Shown here in pieces: positions 27,950 to 37,282 of a DNA stretch of 64,000 nt; position 1 is the stretch's first letter, and the number at the start of each line of letters is the position of its first letter. The stretch spans positions 229-64,228 of the forward strand of contig JBAXXU010000003.1 in NCBI GenBank assembly GCA_037127735.1, written 5' to 3'. Both the position numbers and the translations under genes were made by a program. Source of the DNA: Bacteroidota bacterium (GTDB taxonomy: Bacteria > Bacteroidota > Bacteroidia > Bacteroidales > VadinHA17). Under the pieces are notes generated by a model. It searched no databases and had not been told where the DNA came from. It saw nothing but the letters and a program-made list of their open reading frames with translations.

Positions 27950-29320
27950 ATGAAATTTATTAACCGGGAATCTGAAATAAAACGTCTAAAGAATGCCATC
28001 GAAAGTCCCATTGCCAAATTGGTTGTAATTTATGGGCGGAGAAGATGCGGAAAATCTACCTTAATCAGGAACATATTTAAGAAGGCTGATATTTACTTTA
28101 TGGCGCAACAGGCAGATGAATCTGTTCAACGGATTCAACTTGCAAAAGTTATTGGTGAAAAAATAGTTGGCTTCGATAAACTCATTTATCCCGATTGGGA
28201 ATCGTTATTTCTTAATCTGAACAACACCTTAAAGGAAAATATTTCTCTGTGTCTGGATGAATTTCCATATCTTGTTAAAAGTTCGTCTATTTTTCCCAGT
28301 CTGATTCAAAAAATTACTGATGACCCCAATGGCAGAAAATACCATCTGATTTTATGCGGTTCATCGCAGCAGATGATGCATGGATTGGTTCTTGACAGCA
28401 CATCGCCATTGTATGGCAGGGCTGATGAGATTTTAAATATTCAACCCATAAAACCTGCATGGATAATTGAAGCTCTTGATTGCACACCCTTACAGGCCGT
28501 TCAGGAATATTCTGTGTGGGGAGGGGTTCCAAGATACTGGGAATTAAGAAAGGAAAAGGAATCATTTGAAGCAGCCTTGAAGAGTATTGTTTTTGACCGG
28601 CTTGGTGTTTTACATGAGGAACCTGCCAGACTATTCCTTGACGATATGCGCGAATCGGTTCAGGCGTTTTCTATTCTTTCAATAGTTGGTATGGGAAGTA
28701 ACAGGATATCTGAAATTGCGGCAAGACTTAATAAACCTGTAACTCAGCTTTCACGACCAATTGATAATCTGATAAACCTTGGGTACCTGAAACGTGAGAT
28801 TCCTTATGGCGGGTCTTTAAAAACCGGAAAAAAAAGCATATACAGGATTTCCGATCCTTTTATGAATTTCTATTTTTCATTTGTTTCGCCAAACCTTTCC
28901 AGGCTGCAGTCGGGCTTGATAGATCAGGTGTATGAATCGTCTTCCATCGGGCTGATCCATTTTTTTGCCAAAGAATGGGAAAATCTCTGCCGGATATGTA
29001 TTCCTTTCTTACCTGTTGAAGGAATAAACTTTGATTTGCCATCTCGATGGTGGGGAAATAATGTCAGGGGCGAACAAATGGAATTGGACCTGGTATGTGA
29101 ATCGACTGATAAAAAATGGGTACTGATCGGAGAATGTAAATGGAGCCGTGTTTCTGATCCTACATCGATATTCGTTGAGTTGGAGAAAAAAGCTGAATTA
29201 TTGCCATTTATTAAGGACAAAAAAATCATAACTGTACTATTTGTAAAAGAGTTAAGTTTAACAGATAAAAAGAATCCCCGGATTTTTACACCTGAAGAAG
29301 TTCTTTCAAGGTTAAAATGA
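27950..29320 (+). CDS. ATP-binding protein, archaeal-ATPase-like P-loop + wHTH + DUF234-type PD-(D/E)xK-like C-terminal domain
   Basis: Walker A GRRRCGKST; Walker B LCLDEFPYL. The C-terminal ELDLVCES...WVLIGECKW has a D...E-x-K nuclease-like pattern. The ORF track starts at TTG 27944; the ATG at 27950 (MKFINRE) is the likelier start. Confidence 0.7.
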   Translation: MKFINRESEIKRLKNAIESPIAKLVVIYGRRRCGKSTLIRNIFKKADIYFMAQQADESVQRIQLAKVIGEKIVGFDKLIYPDWESLFLNLNNTLKENISLCLDEFPYLVKSSSIFPSLIQKITDDPNGRKYHLILCGSSQQMMHGLVLDSTSPLYGRADEILNIQPIKPAWIIEALDCTPLQAVQEYSVWGGVPRYWELRKEKESFEAALKSIVFDRLGVLHEEPARLFLDDMRESVQAFSILSIVGMGSNRISEIAARLNKPVTQLSRPIDNLINLGYLKREIPYGGSLKTGKKSIYRISDPFMNFYFSFVSPNLSRLQSGLIDQVYESSSIGLIHFFAKEWENLCRICIPFLPVEGINFDLPSRWWGNNVRGEQMELDLVCESTDKKWVLIGECKWSRVSDPTSIFVELEKKAELLPFIKDKKIITVLFVKELSLTDKKNPRIFTPEEVLSRLK

Positions 29321-29437
29321 TTTGTTTTGTCTGGAATCAGGTTGTCATAAGCTGCTTTTTGACTTTGGCAGATAATAAAATAAAGTTGACCTCGAAAAAA
29401 CAAGTACACTGATTTGCCGGCCTGATAATTAAACAAC

Positions 29438-30193
29438 ATGAAAAACCAACGAATGAAAATATTATATTCCTTTCTTTTCTTTTGGATAACTGTAATTGGT
29501 TATTGCAAAAGCTCCTCAAACCCTTTGTACTCATTTCCTAAGTCTCCATGGCCCGAATCGTTCGGAAACCACAGGGCGGTGCTTGAAATTTCAATGGAAT
29601 CAGGAGTGGTAATTCTTGACCTGGTCTTGCGCAGACATGATCCGCGACCTGACAACAAACAGTTTATTATTGTTGAAGCTGCAACCGGCGATACTGTTCC
29701 CAACATCTATAGATATTCTGTGACTAACGAACGTTGCAGGTTTGGTTTGATGGGCGACATGCTTCAGGGAGGAGGAAACCGCTGGATGGGAATGGTTTAT
29801 GGAATGACAGTTCGTCATCCATGGACAACAGAAGGTGTATTGTGCGATCCTCGTCCTGTCTGGAAGATATGGGATGAATTTGGTATTGAATCTTCTGTCA
29901 TGAAAGGTTATTGGGAAAAAGATTGTCCTGTAACTACTAATATCAAAGATATTCTTGCAACAGTCTATCAAAAAGCGAGTGAATCATTGATTTCTGTTGC
30001 CAGCTGGGCTGATAGTCCGGTTAAGTTTTCATTTCAGATAGACTGGAAAACTCTGGGATTAGACCCGGCGAAAGCGATACTTTTTGCTCCAGCCATTAAA
30101 GATTTTCAGGAAGAGTCCATCTTCAAACCTGGTGATTCTATCTCGATTGAGCCAAAGAAAGGATGGCTGATTTATCTTCGGGGAAAAGAGTGA
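29438..30193 (+). CDS. Short lipoprotein-like ORF, possibly an internally deleted remnant of a larger glycoside-hydrolase-associated (DUF6067-like) protein
   Basis: Signal (FFWITVIGYC). The N-terminal FGNHRAVLEI... and C-terminal IDWKTLGLDPAKAILFAP... segments resemble, from memory, the two ends of ~600-aa proteins, but only 251 aa are present. Confidence 0.35.
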   Translation: MKNQRMKILYSFLFFWITVIGYCKSSSNPLYSFPKSPWPESFGNHRAVLEISMESGVVILDLVLRRHDPRPDNKQFIIVEAATGDTVPNIYRYSVTNERCRFGLMGDMLQGGGNRWMGMVYGMTVRHPWTTEGVLCDPRPVWKIWDEFGIESSVMKGYWEKDCPVTTNIKDILATVYQKASESLISVASWADSPVKFSFQIDWKTLGLDPAKAILFAPAIKDFQEESIFKPGDSISIEPKKGWLIYLRGKE

Positions 30194-30235
30194 CAATTAA
30201 CAAGTAAAAATTAATTTGTTAAAAATAGAAAGATT

Positions 30236-31458
30236 ATGACCATAAAACCTGTTTACTCCTTGTCCTTCACCCTTTTTGCCTGGGCGATGTTTTCTTGTGG
30301 AAGATCTCCTCATATTCAGCCTCCGTTGAGCCTTCACCCTCAAAATCCACATTATTTTCTCTTCCGGGAAAAGCCTGCAATACTTATCGGATCAACAGAA
30401 CATTATGGTGCAGTTATGAACCTTGATTTCGATTACATAAAATACCTTAATGAAATTGCTGCATCAGGATTAAATGTCACACGCACCTTTTCGGGAGTCT
30501 ATGTTGAACCTGCCGGCACCTTCGGAAATTATCTCCGTTGTTCATTGGAAATAATGTCAATAATGTCGGTAACATTAAGGATCACAAGGAAATACTGTCA
30601 CTCAGACATCCTGAAATTATTGAAATTCAGGAAAAAATGGTCAGGAAAATAATCCTTGAACTTAAAGACTTTGATAACCTGTACTATGAAGTTTGTAATG
30701 AGCCATATTTTGGAGATACTTTGGCGCTCAGGGAATGGGAGAATCAAATGACCGCAATCGTGGTAGATGCCGAAAAGGATTTCTCTCAAAAACACCTGAT
30801 ATCCAACAATGTTGCTAACGGTTTTCTTAAGGTTCCAGAACCCCGCGAAGGCGTTTCAATTTATAATTTTCATCATGCAAAACCTCCTGTTACCGTGGCT
30901 ATGAATTACAACCTGAACAAGGTGGTTGGCGATAATGAAACAGGCTTCAACGGAATTGAAGATGCGACATACCGTACCGAAGCCTGGGATTTTATAATGG
31001 CTGGAGGTGCATTGTTCAATCATCTTGATTATTCTTTTACTACGGATAATGAAGACGGCAGTTTTAAAATAGAAACAGGGCAGCCCGGTGGGGGAGGCAA
31101 GACTCTCCGGAAACAGTTTAAAATCCTGGCAGACTTCATGCAATCGCTCAATTATATCAGTATGAGGCCTGTAAACACTGAAATAGTCAGGTTAAAAGGA
31201 GAGAAAAAGATGCCAATTTACGGACTTTATGAGGAGGGTAAAGTATTAGCAATGCACCTCTGCGGAAAAGATACTGCAAGTGCCGGGACACTTATCGATA
31301 TAAATCTGCCGACCGGGACATATACCCTCACCTGGATAGATACGAAGAGTGCCGCAGAAACGGCTTCGTCCTTAAATAAACATTCTGGCGGATGGACAAC
31401 TATCGCTTCGCCTCCATATATCGGAGATGTGGCATTAAGGGTGGTAAAATTGAACTGA
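30236..31458 (+). pseudogene. Frameshifted clan GH-A (GH5-like) glycoside hydrolase
   Basis: Two overlapping ORFs in different frames: 30236..30652 (frame 2) and 30538..31458 (frame 1; this frame is open from 30508). The first carries a lipoprotein signal and a TIM-barrel start. The second carries YYEVCNEPY (acid/base) and GDNETGF (nucleophile-like). The frame switch must lie at about 30508-30545. Confidence 0.65.
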
Positions 31459-31523
31459 TAAAAAAAAACTTTATAACACAAGCTGGACAATTAGTTCCCG
31501 TTTATATGGAATTTTATTTTTTT

Positions 31524-33740
31524 TCAATACACCCATATCTCATCCATAAACATCCAGACCGGATATCCTACTCCGTAGTGCCATGACGGTCCAATACCAA
31601 CATTTTCAACATTTATCCTGATGTAGCGTGCCATGATTTTCTCTTTTGCCGATACTCCGTAGGTGACATACTTCACAGCAGAAGAGCGGTCTTCTTCAAT
31701 ATCCGTTTTTCCCATGAGTGTGAAGTTCTTGTTGTCAGTTGATGTGTAACAGGTCAAGCTTTTAGGCAGAAGTATCCATGATCCTAATTTATGCAGAAAA
31801 TCTGCTTCGACTGATTCAATCTCTTTTGACTCACCCAGGTCAATGATCACCTCGGCGTCATACTTTTCCCAGCCCACCCAGCTTTCGTTGAATGTAGCTC
31901 CCCCCAATAGTCCATCGGTGAGTGCTTTATCTGCTATTTTATCATATGGTTTATTCGGAGGGAGGGGATAGGTGGCTATGATGTTTGCTGCAAGGTTTTT
32001 CCTTGGGTTTGGCAGGTTACGTTTTAGGTATAGTTCACAGTACTCTTGTATAGTATTATTCCTCTCGTTCAATGTTGTAACTCCCAGCAGATATGCCCTG
32101 TCTCTGAACAGTGACACCTCTTTTTTAATCCTCTCAACATCATCCATTATGCCTGTCCTGGCAATCTCCAGTTCAGCAAACTGTATAGATAAGCGTTGCT
32201 GCCAGACTCTTTTTAACAATAATGAGTCGGACCCGACTGCCTTTTCTGCGTCATCAAAAAGCTGACGGTATTTTTTTATCAGTTTTGAATTAAGCATCCC
32301 TGTTTTATGGGTAATGGGAGTATCATATATCCATAAAGGGATGTTGCTACCAAGTAATGCGCCCTCCTGTATCTTAATGTACTGGTATATAAAAGGTGCC
32401 GCTTTGCCGTAATATCCGTTCAAAAATGATTGTATAACAGAATCCACGTTGCAGTTAACATCCCAGAGTAATTTTGCTACCAGATAGCTCCTTAGCTCAG
32501 AAAAGTCGCCACCTTTACTTCCGGCTATCTGGGAGAAGTGCATATTCACATTGTTCTTTCTGAAGAGCTTCATATTAGCCTGCAGGATATGAAAGTTAGG
32601 AAAGGGAGACACATAATTATCAAAGTTAATCCCATAGTCCCATACAAATATGTTATTTGTGATTTTCGCCCATCCCTCCAGACTTTTCATAAAATGTTGC
32701 CCTGATGGATTGTCCGTCAGAGGCACTTCTCTGTAACAGTCAATATCACATAGCATTATATTTACATTTGGAAGAGGCTTGATGTTTTTTGGCGGGGTCA
32801 TTGAATACAGATAGGCCAGGGTTGAGAACTCTTTATCGGGGAACCTTGCTGCCAGTTTGTTCATAAAGTAAAGTATACTTCCAGATGGTCCGCCTTCTGC
32901 ATCATCTATTTTTTTGCACTGTTCGCACTGGCAGTTCGTGAAGTTTCCGTCATTCTGACTTACTGAGATCATTTTCTGGTCGTGATTTGCTTTGAAGATC
33001 GAGTCAATCCGTTTTGAGACAATCTCAAAAACATCCTCATTTGTCAGGCACCACTGGCTTGCTGATCCCGGACGTCTCTGCCCGTTGATGAATGAGTAGT
33101 ATTCAGGTTTAATTGCTCCGTATTTTGCTGAAGGAAGAAGCCGATCGAAGGTGTGCACCCAGTAACCGGCTGCGAATATTTCGTGTGGCTCCTCAAGCCT
33201 GTTCCATACTTTATAAAGTGGATCGATTGCAAGGTTGTACGACTGTGTCTGCCTGTAGCGGAAGCTGGGGTTTTCAACCATGTTAATCCCGGCAGGTATT
33301 GATAAAGTTTTTATCTTTGGCCATGTGCAGGCATTCGCCGCATAATATCTTACTCCGAAATAATCTTCCAGAAGAGTGACAACACCATAAAGAGTTCCCT
33401 TGCCGGCTCCTCCCTGTATCATTATGCTGGTTCTGTCAGATCTGATCCGGAATCCGTCTTCGGATATAATCAATGACCTGTCTGAGAGAGTGGCTGAACC
33501 AGGGCCTCTTATGATAATATCGCCTGTTTTTGGTTTTCCTCCCGGATTTTCAACAGGAAGCTTTGTACCGGTGATCTTTTCAATGAAGCTATTCAGAAGA
33601 TCTGCTGCCTGGCTATCAGTTTTGTTATTTAAATCTGCAATGATCCTTCCGGTTGCCTTCCCGTCCGTGACTATATCAATACCGGCTGACAATCCATGCG
33701 AAAGAATCAGCGAAATGAGGAATACTGCTATTTTTTTCAT
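31524..33740 (-). CDS. DUF4838-type (GH20/GH67-like) secreted protein with a C-terminal discoidin (F5/8 type C)-like domain
   Basis: Signal MKKIAVFLISLILSHGLSA from ATG 33740 (the ORF opens at 33779). The N-terminus DIVTDGKATGRII...AADLLNSFIEKITG is typical of DUF4838. The C-terminal about 140 aa look like a carbohydrate-binding discoidin fold. Confidence 0.6.
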   Translation of the reverse strand: MKKIAVFLISLILSHGLSAGIDIVTDGKATGRIIADLNNKTDSQAADLLNSFIEKITGTKLPVENPGGKPKTGDIIIRGPGSATLSDRSLIISEDGFRIRSDRTSIMIQGGAGKGTLYGVVTLLEDYFGVRYYAANACTWPKIKTLSIPAGINMVENPSFRYRQTQSYNLAIDPLYKVWNRLEEPHEIFAAGYWVHTFDRLLPSAKYGAIKPEYYSFINGQRRPGSASQWCLTNEDVFEIVSKRIDSIFKANHDQKMISVSQNDGNFTNCQCEQCKKIDDAEGGPSGSILYFMNKLAARFPDKEFSTLAYLYSMTPPKNIKPLPNVNIMLCDIDCYREVPLTDNPSGQHFMKSLEGWAKITNNIFVWDYGINFDNYVSPFPNFHILQANMKLFRKNNVNMHFSQIAGSKGGDFSELRSYLVAKLLWDVNCNVDSVIQSFLNGYYGKAAPFIYQYIKIQEGALLGSNIPLWIYDTPITHKTGMLNSKLIKKYRQLFDDAEKAVGSDSLLLKRVWQQRLSIQFAELEIARTGIMDDVERIKKEVSLFRDRAYLLGVTTLNERNNTIQEYCELYLKRNLPNPRKNLAANIIATYPLPPNKPYDKIADKALTDGLLGGATFNESWVGWEKYDAEVIIDLGESKEIESVEADFLHKLGSWILLPKSLTCYTSTDNKNFTLMGKTDIEEDRSSAVKYVTYGVSAKEKIMARYIRINVENVGIGPSWHYGVGYPVWMFMDEIWVY

Positions 33741-33870
33741 TTTGTTAATAATTCTCTTAACACAACTGGAATAAGGCAACTAACAGATACAGATCAATTT
33801 TTTTTTATCCGGAGGCGATTGTGCCGAAGATATTCAAACTTATTTAGGGAATAATCTGATAGTTATTATA

Positions 33871-34767
33871 CTAAGCTTTCGCTATTCGCATTACCCTGCT
33901 TACGGCGTCATCAACCTCCTCTTTGCTTTCCAGGCCTAATGTCATACAATGGACATTGCCGCTTCTTATAACATAATTCAACGATTCTTCCCTCTCGGTA
34001 TCTTTTATAAGATCTCCCATCCCAAATACTTTCATACCTATTACACCTTTTCCGTTTAGCCGGGCAGTTTCCAGAACTTTCATAATCTGTTCAGGTGTTC
34101 CATCCATCTTGGCTCCGCGGCTGTTTATCCGGGCAAACAGAACATCGACCCATGGATTATTGGCTGCTTCAATCATTGCTTCAATATTATGACATGATAT
34201 TCCGACAGTTTTAACAAATCCTTTTTCCTTAGCTTTTGAAAGCTCATCCAAATATTTTCTGTATTCAGTTGGCCACTGGCCATTTGTCATACAATGTAAA
34301 AGAAAGATATCAAAATAATCGGTACCGATCTCTTTTCTAAAACGATCGAGACTTGTCTGGAAGGGTTCTGTCTTATACCAGCCTTCCTGGTCGTACGTCA
34401 TCACTTTTGTAAGAATTGTTACATTTTCCCGTGGTATTACTTTCAAAGCTTCACGCACATAAGTGTGGGAACCGTACATGTCAGCTGTATCAAAAAAACG
34501 GATCCCTTTGTCGTAAGCATACTGTGAGAGTTCCACAAATTTTTTTATTCCAAGATTTGTCTGGTTTGATACATATTTCCATCCGGCGGATCCTGTACCC
34601 AGGGCTACACGCGATACTATAAGGCCTGTTTTCCCTAGTTTAACTTTATCGATGGTGTCTGCAGAACCCGGGAACTCAAAACCTGTTATACCAGAGGAGA
34701 GGGCAGCAAATCCGGCCAATCCGGCAGCACTGTTTTGAAGGAATTCACGACGGCTTGTCTTTTTCAT
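33871..34767 (-). CDS. Aldo/keto reductase, TAT-exported
   Basis: Twin-arginine signal SRREFLQNSAAGLAGFAA; AKR motifs FFDTADMYG and GISCHN. Confidence 0.85.
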   Translation of the reverse strand: MKKTSRREFLQNSAAGLAGFAALSSGITGFEFPGSADTIDKVKLGKTGLIVSRVALGTGSAGWKYVSNQTNLGIKKFVELSQYAYDKGIRFFDTADMYGSHTYVREALKVIPRENVTILTKVMTYDQEGWYKTEPFQTSLDRFRKEIGTDYFDIFLLHCMTNGQWPTEYRKYLDELSKAKEKGFVKTVGISCHNIEAMIEAANNPWVDVLFARINSRGAKMDGTPEQIMKVLETARLNGKGVIGMKVFGMGDLIKDTEREESLNYVIRSGNVHCMTLGLESKEEVDDAVSRVMRIAKA

Positions 34768-34960
34768 ATAAATCAGTATTAATTATTTGCAACATTACAA
34801 TACTTGATTATTTCGGTTATAATCTTTTTCCGAATTAAAAGAATATTTGTAAAGATACATTTTTATCAGAAGTGTAAGAAGATCATTAAGGCTTTCAAAC
34901 ATTTATGCTTAAAAAACAATTTCCCACAACAATTTAAATTGATCCGCCAACTGTAATCAA

Positions 34961-35434
34961 TTATAACTTCTCCACTATTATTTCGTACGGAATTTTATTG
35001 ATATCGGCAAAGATGATAATCTCATCCTTAATATTTTTGTTCCTATCCTGATATAAAGCTCCAAACCGCAGCATTATTCTTTTACCTGATTTCAAAAAGA
35101 AGATCATATTCATAGGAAATAATTCTATTCTTTCAATTTCCTGAGCGGTTATTGCTTTATGTGGAAGTACAGGATTTTTCTTTAGTCGTATATAGTCAGT
35201 TCCAATTTCAATAAACTTTGTTGCCAGGCCCAATCCCGACCATATCTGGTAAAAACCAAACCCTGAAAGGAATATTATTGTTATCCACAACATTCCATCG
35301 GTTTTAAATGATTTGATATTGAAGACTAACCAGAATACGGCAACTGAAATACAAACTAAACCGAATATTATCCGGATTATTTTTACAAAACGGCTGCTTT
35401 CAGTAGTTGCAAAAGAAAAATGTTTTATTTCCAT
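34961..35434 (-). CDS. Small membrane protein of unknown function
   Basis: Two N-terminal hydrophobic helices (IIRIIFGLVCISVAVFWLVF, LWITIIFLSGFGFYQIW) followed by a soluble ~80-aa domain. Confidence 0.55.
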   Translation of the reverse strand: MEIKHFSFATTESSRFVKIIRIIFGLVCISVAVFWLVFNIKSFKTDGMLWITIIFLSGFGFYQIWSGLGLATKFIEIGTDYIRLKKNPVLPHKAITAQEIERIELFPMNMIFFLKSGKRIMLRFGALYQDRNKNIKDEIIIFADINKIPYEIIVEKL

Positions 35435-35559
35435 TTGTTATTTTTTCTGGCAATTTATCCTTTTTTTATAAGAATTCAATATTCGTAATGTTGATACCTG
35501 ATTTAAAGATTCATCCGACCTAATATAAAATAATTGAGTGAAGACAATATTTAACAACC

Positions 35560-35940
35560 GCAGCCCTTCGATGTGGGGCAGGCTCCACTTAGGCTTACAT
35601 CAGGTAGATATTTTTATCATTTACCGTTGGCTTTAGCCAACGGATTACAACCTCATCTAAAAGGACTTTAGTCCATAAGTTTGGGCTAAAGCCCTTGCCA
35701 TCAGAGTATCCTGATCCGTTGGCTAAAGCCAACGGTAAGTTAAATTAACCTCTATATTCTTGAAATTTGATTATTCCGCTTTTGGATAAAATGCTTCTAA
35801 ATTAGTACTTACAAATCAAAATTATGAAGATGTCAAAGAACTATCTGATAAACAGCTGAACTGAAGCCCCTTCTTTGCGGGGCAGACTCCGCGGAGCCCG
35901 AAGAAGAAAATCAATATTTTTATGTAGCAGTTTACCTATA
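35560..35940. repeat. Intergenic cluster of small palindromes plus two direct copies of a ~70-bp repeat
   Basis: Palindromes: ccgttggctttagccaacgg (35624-35643), ggactttagtcc (35663-35674), gggctaaagccc (35683-35694), ccgttggctaaagccaacgg (35716-35735). Direct copies: gcccttcgatgtggggcaggctccac...atatttttat...tttacc (~35562-35627) and gccccttctttgcggggcagactccgc...atatttttat...tttacc (~35866-35937). Confidence 0.8.
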
Positions 35941-36015
35941 ATTATAATATAATATTTCTACTTTTATAAATTATAGCGTCAGAAAAAATTCATAAGCTGA
36001 TTACATAATAAGACT

Positions 36016-37272
36016 ATGAAACGAAAGTACTATCTGGTTATCCTTATTTTTCTGATCTTTTTCGCTATTTCTTTTTTAACTAATATCCTTGGCTCAATTA
36101 ATCCAAATGTGAGCGACAGCTTTTCCCTGAATGGGACGATGACCGGATTGCTTCCATTTTCCTTTTTCATCGCGTATGCTTTAATGTCAATTCCATCAGG
36201 AATGTTTGTACAGAAATACAATGAAAAGAAGAGTTTAATCCTTGCCTGGATTCTTGCATTTTCAGGTGCGCTGTTATTTTCCATTATTCCTGTATTTCCT
36301 GTATTCCTATGTTCACTTTTTCTTATTGGTTGCGGAATGGCCCTTCTACAGGTTGCATTGTTTCCGTTGCTCAGAGTAACAGGAGGTGAGGAGCATTTTG
36401 CATTTAATAATGTTATTGTTCAGTTGGTTTTTGGGGTTGCCTCATTCCTGAGCCCATTCGTATATTCATATCTTGTATCAAATCTTGGTGATCAGCACAC
36501 AACAAAAGGAATCTTTATAGGTATTATGTCATTTCTTACCCCACATCAATTGCCTTGGGTATCAATATACTGGATATTTACATTCATTAGCCTGTTAATG
36601 ATAGGGATCATTCTTTTCGTGCGCTTTCCAAAGGTAGTGCGAAAGGATGATGAAATTGTCGGAGCCTGGGAAACTCATTTGGAGTTGTTCAGACAAAAAA
36701 CGGTACTGCTTTTTTTCCTGGGGATATTTTCCTATGTTGGTGTTGAGCAGGGAATTGCAAACTGGATTTCAGAGTTCCTGCGGACATACCATGGATTTAA
36801 GCCAGAGACAGAAGGCGCTGCAACTGTTGGTTTATTCTGGGGTATGATGACGGTCGGTTGTTTTCTCGGACTGGTCCTATTAAAGATTATAGACAGTAAA
36901 ATTGTATTACGCATTTTTACTACAGCTGCTTTAATTGCATTGACTTTCACCCTTTTTGGTAAGGCTGAAATTGCTTTGATAGGATTCCCTGCACTGGGTT
37001 TTTGTCTGTCGGTGATGTACGCGATTATCTTTTCACTTGCACTTAACAGCGTTTCAAAATTCCATGGTTCTTTTGCAGGAATATTATGTACTGCAATTGC
37101 AGGAGGTGCAATATTCTCTCTCCTGATTGGAAAATTGAAAGATCTTATCGGATTGCAGGAAGGAATGATGATTTTGTATTTACCTTTAACCTATATTCTA
37201 AGTTTGAGCTTCTGGGCCAAACCAATAGTGAGGAATGCAATTATAAAAAGGAAAATTACTTCTAAAAATTAA
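36016..37272 (+). CDS. MFS sugar transporter, FucP/GluP-like
   Basis: Twelve hydrophobic segments. The N-terminal region (LGSINPNVSDSFSLNGTMTGLLPFSFFIAYALMSIPSG) resembles fucose/glucose-galactose permeases. Confidence 0.8.
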   Translation: MKRKYYLVILIFLIFFAISFLTNILGSINPNVSDSFSLNGTMTGLLPFSFFIAYALMSIPSGMFVQKYNEKKSLILAWILAFSGALLFSIIPVFPVFLCSLFLIGCGMALLQVALFPLLRVTGGEEHFAFNNVIVQLVFGVASFLSPFVYSYLVSNLGDQHTTKGIFIGIMSFLTPHQLPWVSIYWIFTFISLLMIGIILFVRFPKVVRKDDEIVGAWETHLELFRQKTVLLFFLGIFSYVGVEQGIANWISEFLRTYHGFKPETEGAATVGLFWGMMTVGCFLGLVLLKIIDSKIVLRIFTTAALIALTFTLFGKAEIALIGFPALGFCLSVMYAIIFSLALNSVSKFHGSFAGILCTAIAGGAIFSLLIGKLKDLIGLQEGMMILYLPLTYILSLSFWAKPIVRNAIIKRKITSKN

Positions 37273-37282
37273 ATTAAAAACC

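Noticed and set aside
27752-29424. Possible direct repeats flanking the ATPase/DUF234 gene (TGACCT...CTGATTT[A/G]CC at ~27755-27780 and ~29387-29417) as target-site duplications of an insertion.
   Set aside because: The matches are limited to a 6-mer and a 10-mer with different spacing. That is consistent with chance in AT-rich DNA, and no integrase or terminal inverted repeats are present.
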